From: Oligoflexia bacterium
GTDB taxonomy: Bacteria; Bdellovibrionota_B; Oligoflexia; Oligoflexales; JAGOVF01
Length of the DNA stretch: 64,000 bases
Assembly: GCA_030432875.1 (NCBI GenBank)
Contig: JAUILP010000001.1
Span: 39,086-103,085, forward strand
Direction: 5' to 3'
Positions within the stretch are counted from its first letter, which is position 1. Each line of letters opens with the position of its first letter. Below, in pieces: positions 60,569-64,000 of the stretch. The notes beneath the pieces are model-generated. The model did not search any database. It was given only the letters and a program-made list of their open reading frames with translations, and was not told the DNA's origin. The translations under genes were made by a program, and so were the position numbers.

Positions 60569-61161
60569 TTTTTCTCCGGCAAGGTCGAGATTATTTTAGG
60601 CCATCTTTTTTTAAAAGTGGGGTTGTGTGGATTGTGGCATTCAGTGCAATTATAAACTATTCGCGGTTCCGCCCATATCCGAACACGCTTGCCATGGGCT
60701 CCTCCCGCCCAGTCGCGGGCTTGGCTAAAATGACAGCCTTGGCAGCTGAGATAGGCATGATCAATTTCAATGATTTGAGTGCTGTTAACATTTTTAAGTA
60801 ACTCTACATTATTCATTGCATGACAAGTCAGACAATTCATCCCTTGTTTTGCAGCATGCATCAAATTTATATCATTGTGAGTTCCTGTCGTGTTTGAATT
60901 GGTTTTCACATCGTCTTTATGGCACGTTTCGCAGTCACTTTTTCTTAATGCAGGGGAGCGTTTTTTGATCAAAAACGGTTTTTCAAGGCTAGAATATTGA
61001 CTCTGGACGGTTTCTATTCCGCTTATGAATATATCACCGCGGTGTTCCTGGGGAGGTTGATTTGGGTTTTCACTCAAGATTTTGGCCTTTGTGATATTTG
61101 AAACTAAAATCAAACTCAAAAGAGTCGTTACCCAAACGCCTAGCCTGATGGTGCTTTTCAT
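60565..61161 (-). CDS. Tetraheme cytochrome c
   Basis: Signal peptide; CETCH, CLTCH, CQGCH, CTECH. Confidence 0.9.
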   Translation of the reverse strand: MKSTIRLGVWVTTLLSLILVSNITKAKILSENPNQPPQEHRGDIFISGIETVQSQYSSLEKPFLIKKRSPALRKSDCETCHKDDVKTNSNTTGTHNDINLMHAAKQGMNCLTCHAMNNVELLKNVNSTQIIEIDHAYLSCQGCHFSQARDWAGGAHGKRVRIWAEPRIVYNCTECHNPHNPTFKKRWPKIISTLPEKK

Positions 61162-61850
61162 TTAGATCCCCTTTGCCATACATTGGCGTTTGCATTTGAG
61201 GGCACATGGCACTGACGGCAGTTTATTCTATCAGGATGGGTCGTTCTAATTCTCGCAATTGCAGCCGCACCGGCGTGGCAACTAAGACAGCTACCTCGAA
61301 AACCAACTGCATGGGGGATTGGTGGAGGGCCACCAGGTAAGAATGCTGTCAATCCCTTGGGTTTTAGTTCATTTTGAGAAATTCCCTCAAATTTATTGAA
61401 ATGGAATAAGTCGCTTGTTTGCATTGGTACATGGCACTGGCGACAATTTGACCAATTGGGATGTGGGGTGACGGGGGCAAATGCCTGGTAATCTTTCACA
61501 TACCCACCATTTGTATGACAAGTTGTACATTCAGAGCCAAGGGGTTTTGCATAGGTTTCTGTCGTGGCATGCGGGATTTTTGGGGGAGCGCCGTCGTAAG
61601 CTCTGCGTTTTTGTCGATCCATCAAAACGCGGCTCTTTCCTATAATACCATCTGGAGAGAAAGGCACAAATTTCCGATTTTCATAAGCATTGGCCTCTGA
61701 TGGAGCGCTTTCCCTAATATTTATAGCCGGATGGGTTTTTAATTTAGTAGAATTAGTACTATTAACTTGAGAATTTCCGCCTGAGGTAATAATGATATTT
61801 ATCATCATCAATATTAATATGCTTAGTAAGTTATTTGCGATCACCATCAT
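61158..61850 (-). CDS. napB: NapB-like cytochrome c, tandem duplicated (four hemes)
   Basis: Two repeats of PPxIPH...CxxCH...H...CRQCHVP; ATGA overlap with napA. Confidence 0.8.
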   Translation of the reverse strand: MMVIANNLLSILILMMINIIITSGGNSQVNSTNSTKLKTHPAINIRESAPSEANAYENRKFVPFSPDGIIGKSRVLMDRQKRRAYDGAPPKIPHATTETYAKPLGSECTTCHTNGGYVKDYQAFAPVTPHPNWSNCRQCHVPMQTSDLFHFNKFEGISQNELKPKGLTAFLPGGPPPIPHAVGFRGSCLSCHAGAAAIARIRTTHPDRINCRQCHVPSNANANVWQRGSK

Positions 61851-64000
61851 ACCCGTTCAACCTTTATAGCACATTTTTTATAATCTGGTTGGTTTGAAAT
61901 GGGGCAATAGGCATCTAAAGTCAATTCGTTGATGAGGAGGCTCTCATCAAAAAAAGGTACAAATACCTGCCCTTTCGAAGGTATGCCGCGACCATTAACA
62001 CTCGCGCGAATTCTTATTTCTCCCCGTCGACTTGAAAGTTTTATCCAATCGTTGTTTTTAACGCCGAGTTCGAGAGCATCCTCAGGGTTGATTTCTGCAT
62101 ATGAATTAGGCATAGCTTGATGTAAAATAGGTATTCTGCGTGTCATAGACCCGGTATGCCAGTGCTCGATAACGCGCCCTGTGTTTAACCAAAAGGGAAA
62201 GTCTTTGTCGGGACTCTCTGCTGGTGGTTCATAGGGTCGAAAAATAACCCAGGCTTTATGATCAGGTTTTCCATAAAAATCAAATTCTCGACTTTGGTCG
62301 CAAGCTGGATCAGATTTGCTGGCAAAGCGACGTTTAGTTTCCTTGCCATTTACAAAAGGCCACTGCAACCCGGGATTCTTTTTAAGCTCATCATAAGGTG
62401 CCATCGCGTGTTTTGGGTTGTCGTGAAAAAGTCTATATTCGGCCCAAATTTTTTCTATATGCTCCTTTTCACTCCAGGGAAAAAGATGTTCGTATCCCAA
62501 CCTTTTTGCGATCTCGATCAATTGCCAGGTATCACTCATGGCTTCACCTGGGGGATCTAAAAGTTTTTCAAAGTGCTGGGTTCTGCGTTCAGAATTTCCG
62601 TAGAATCCCTCTCTCTCAATCCACATTGCGGAGGGAAGTACTACATCAGCCACCTCTGTCGTCGGCGTTGGGTATACATCAGAAACGACAATAAAGCGCC
62701 CATCCTTTAGAGCGCCATTTCTATACCGTTTCAAATTCGGCATAGTCACCATGGGGTTAGTGACCTGTATCCACATAAATTTAATTTCGCCACGATCAAG
62801 GGCTCTAAACATAGATACAGTATGATGCGTAGGCTTAGAATCGATAGATCCCGGGGGGAGTTTCCAGATTTTCTCAGCTAACTCGCGGTCCTCTTGGTTG
62901 GTAACGACTCCGTGAGGAAGTTTGTGCGTTAGAGTCCCAACTTCTCGAACAGTACCACAAGCACTCGGCTGTCCTGTTAGCGAAAAAGGATTGTTTCCGG
63001 GTGTGGCAATTTTACCTGTCAGCAAATGAATATTATAGATTAAGTTATTTATCCAGGTGCCTCGAGTATGTTGGTTGGGACCCATACACCAAAAACTCGT
63101 GACTTTTTTGCTAGGATCGCCATAATAGTTTGCTAACAACTTTATATCGCTAATTGATACCCCTGAATAGGCGGCCACTTTTTGGGCAGAATAATCTTTT
63201 AAATATTCTGAATACTTTTTAAAATCAATATCACTTAGTTCATCCTTGAATTTAAAATCATCTTCTAGTCCGTACCCAATATTTGTCTTCCCCTGTTTAA
63301 AGGCACAATTTGCATCCACAAATGATTGGTTTACACGGTTTTGCGCAATGATTTCATGGCAAATAGCATTTGCAACGGCAAGATCGGTTTGCGGAACGAA
63401 ATAGATGGAATGATCTGATGCATAGCTGGTTCGCGTTTTCCTTGTGGCAAAATCAATTATTTTAACGTGGGGATTTTTTTGACGATGATCTAGCATGCGC
63501 GAAAACAAAACGGGATGCATTTCAGCCATGTTGTTTCCCCAGAGAATAAAAACATCAGAATGCTCAATATCCTCATAACATCCCATAGGTTCATCGATGC
63601 CAAAAGTTGTTAAGAAGCCAGTAACAGCACTTGCCATGCATAATCGGGCATTCGCTTCTACGTTATTTGTGCCAATCGCTCCTTTAAACAATTTTGAAGC
63701 GCAGTAGCCATCAGGAATAGTCCACTGCCCACTTCCATAAATTGAGACAGCATTTTTACCATGTTCCTTAATTGTTTCTTTTATTTTCAAGGCAACGAGA
63801 TCTAATGCTTCAGATATGGGTACCTCGACCATTTTTCCATTTTTTCGGATTTGTGCTTTTGTTAAGCGATCTTCTCCATAAAGAGCAAGGATGGAATGAT
63901 ATCCTTTGACACAGCATAAACCTTTGTTGACAGATGAGTTAGGGTCTCCTTTAACTGCGACAGCTTTGCCAGCCTGGAGGCCAACGAGTAATCCGCATCC
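61847..64000 (-). CDS. napA: Periplasmic nitrate reductase catalytic subunit (5' end outside window)
   Basis: Frame open to the edge (GCG...NKGLCCVKG); GSGQWT, NARLCMASAV, WGNNMAEMHP, SLTGQPSACGTVRE, GRVIEHWHTGSMT. Confidence 0.95.
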   Translation of the reverse strand, partial: GCGLLVGLQAGKAVAVKGDPNSSVNKGLCCVKGYHSILALYGEDRLTKAQIRKNGKMVEVPISEALDLVALKIKETIKEHGKNAVSIYGSGQWTIPDGYCASKLFKGAIGTNNVEANARLCMASAVTGFLTTFGIDEPMGCYEDIEHSDVFILWGNNMAEMHPVLFSRMLDHRQKNPHVKIIDFATRKTRTSYASDHSIYFVPQTDLAVANAICHEIIAQNRVNQSFVDANCAFKQGKTNIGYGLEDDFKFKDELSDIDFKKYSEYLKDYSAQKVAAYSGVSISDIKLLANYYGDPSKKVTSFWCMGPNQHTRGTWINNLIYNIHLLTGKIATPGNNPFSLTGQPSACGTVREVGTLTHKLPHGVVTNQEDRELAEKIWKLPPGSIDSKPTHHTVSMFRALDRGEIKFMWIQVTNPMVTMPNLKRYRNGALKDGRFIVVSDVYPTPTTEVADVVLPSAMWIEREGFYGNSERRTQHFEKLLDPPGEAMSDTWQLIEIAKRLGYEHLFPWSEKEHIEKIWAEYRLFHDNPKHAMAPYDELKKNPGLQWPFVNGKETKRRFASKSDPACDQSREFDFYGKPDHKAWVIFRPYEPPAESPDKDFPFWLNTGRVIEHWHTGSMTRRIPILHQAMPNSYAEINPEDALELGVKNNDWIKLSSRRGEIRIRASVNGRGIPSKGQVFVPFFDESLLINELTLDAYCPISNQPDYKKCAIKVERV

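Noticed and set aside
1-64000. CRISPR arrays, tRNA/rRNA genes, transposases, integrases, prophage or defence genes
   Set aside because: No periodic repeat-spacer pattern, T-loop/CCA signature or relevant protein motif seen by eye.

Overview
AT-rich bacterial chromosomal segment, mostly housekeeping, with gene content and synteny that suggest Bdellovibrionota (Oligoflexia-like); the taxonomy is inferred, not proven. It contains sdhCAB, purSQLF, rph, secA, rnj, acpP-rpiB-glyA-nrdR-ribE-ribB(X)-ribH-nusB, dapF, gcvTH, ftsK, pyrG-kdsD-lptCAB-rpoN-rapZ, gmhA and three glycosyltransferases. No rRNA, tRNA, CRISPR array or mobile element was seen. Most unusual observations: (1) an aglR/Q/S-gltG-like motor operon in which both ExbD/TolR-like subunits lack the essential transmembrane Asp while the ExbB-like subunit carries an Asp in TM2, next to an FHA-HD-GYP gene; (2) a coupled napA operon with an internally duplicated tetraheme NapB, a second tetraheme cytochrome and an NrfC/NrfD pair, with no napC/napGH in the visible part; (3) a recurring sigma28-like promoter motif, including one in front of rpoN, plus two sigma54-like sites; (4) several strongly structured intergenic regions, including an sRNA candidate at about 43.28-43.55 kb and the purS-purQ spacer; (5) apparent pseudo-enzymes (RibBX, a degenerate double GT2). 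All calls come from reading motifs by eye; no searches were run.
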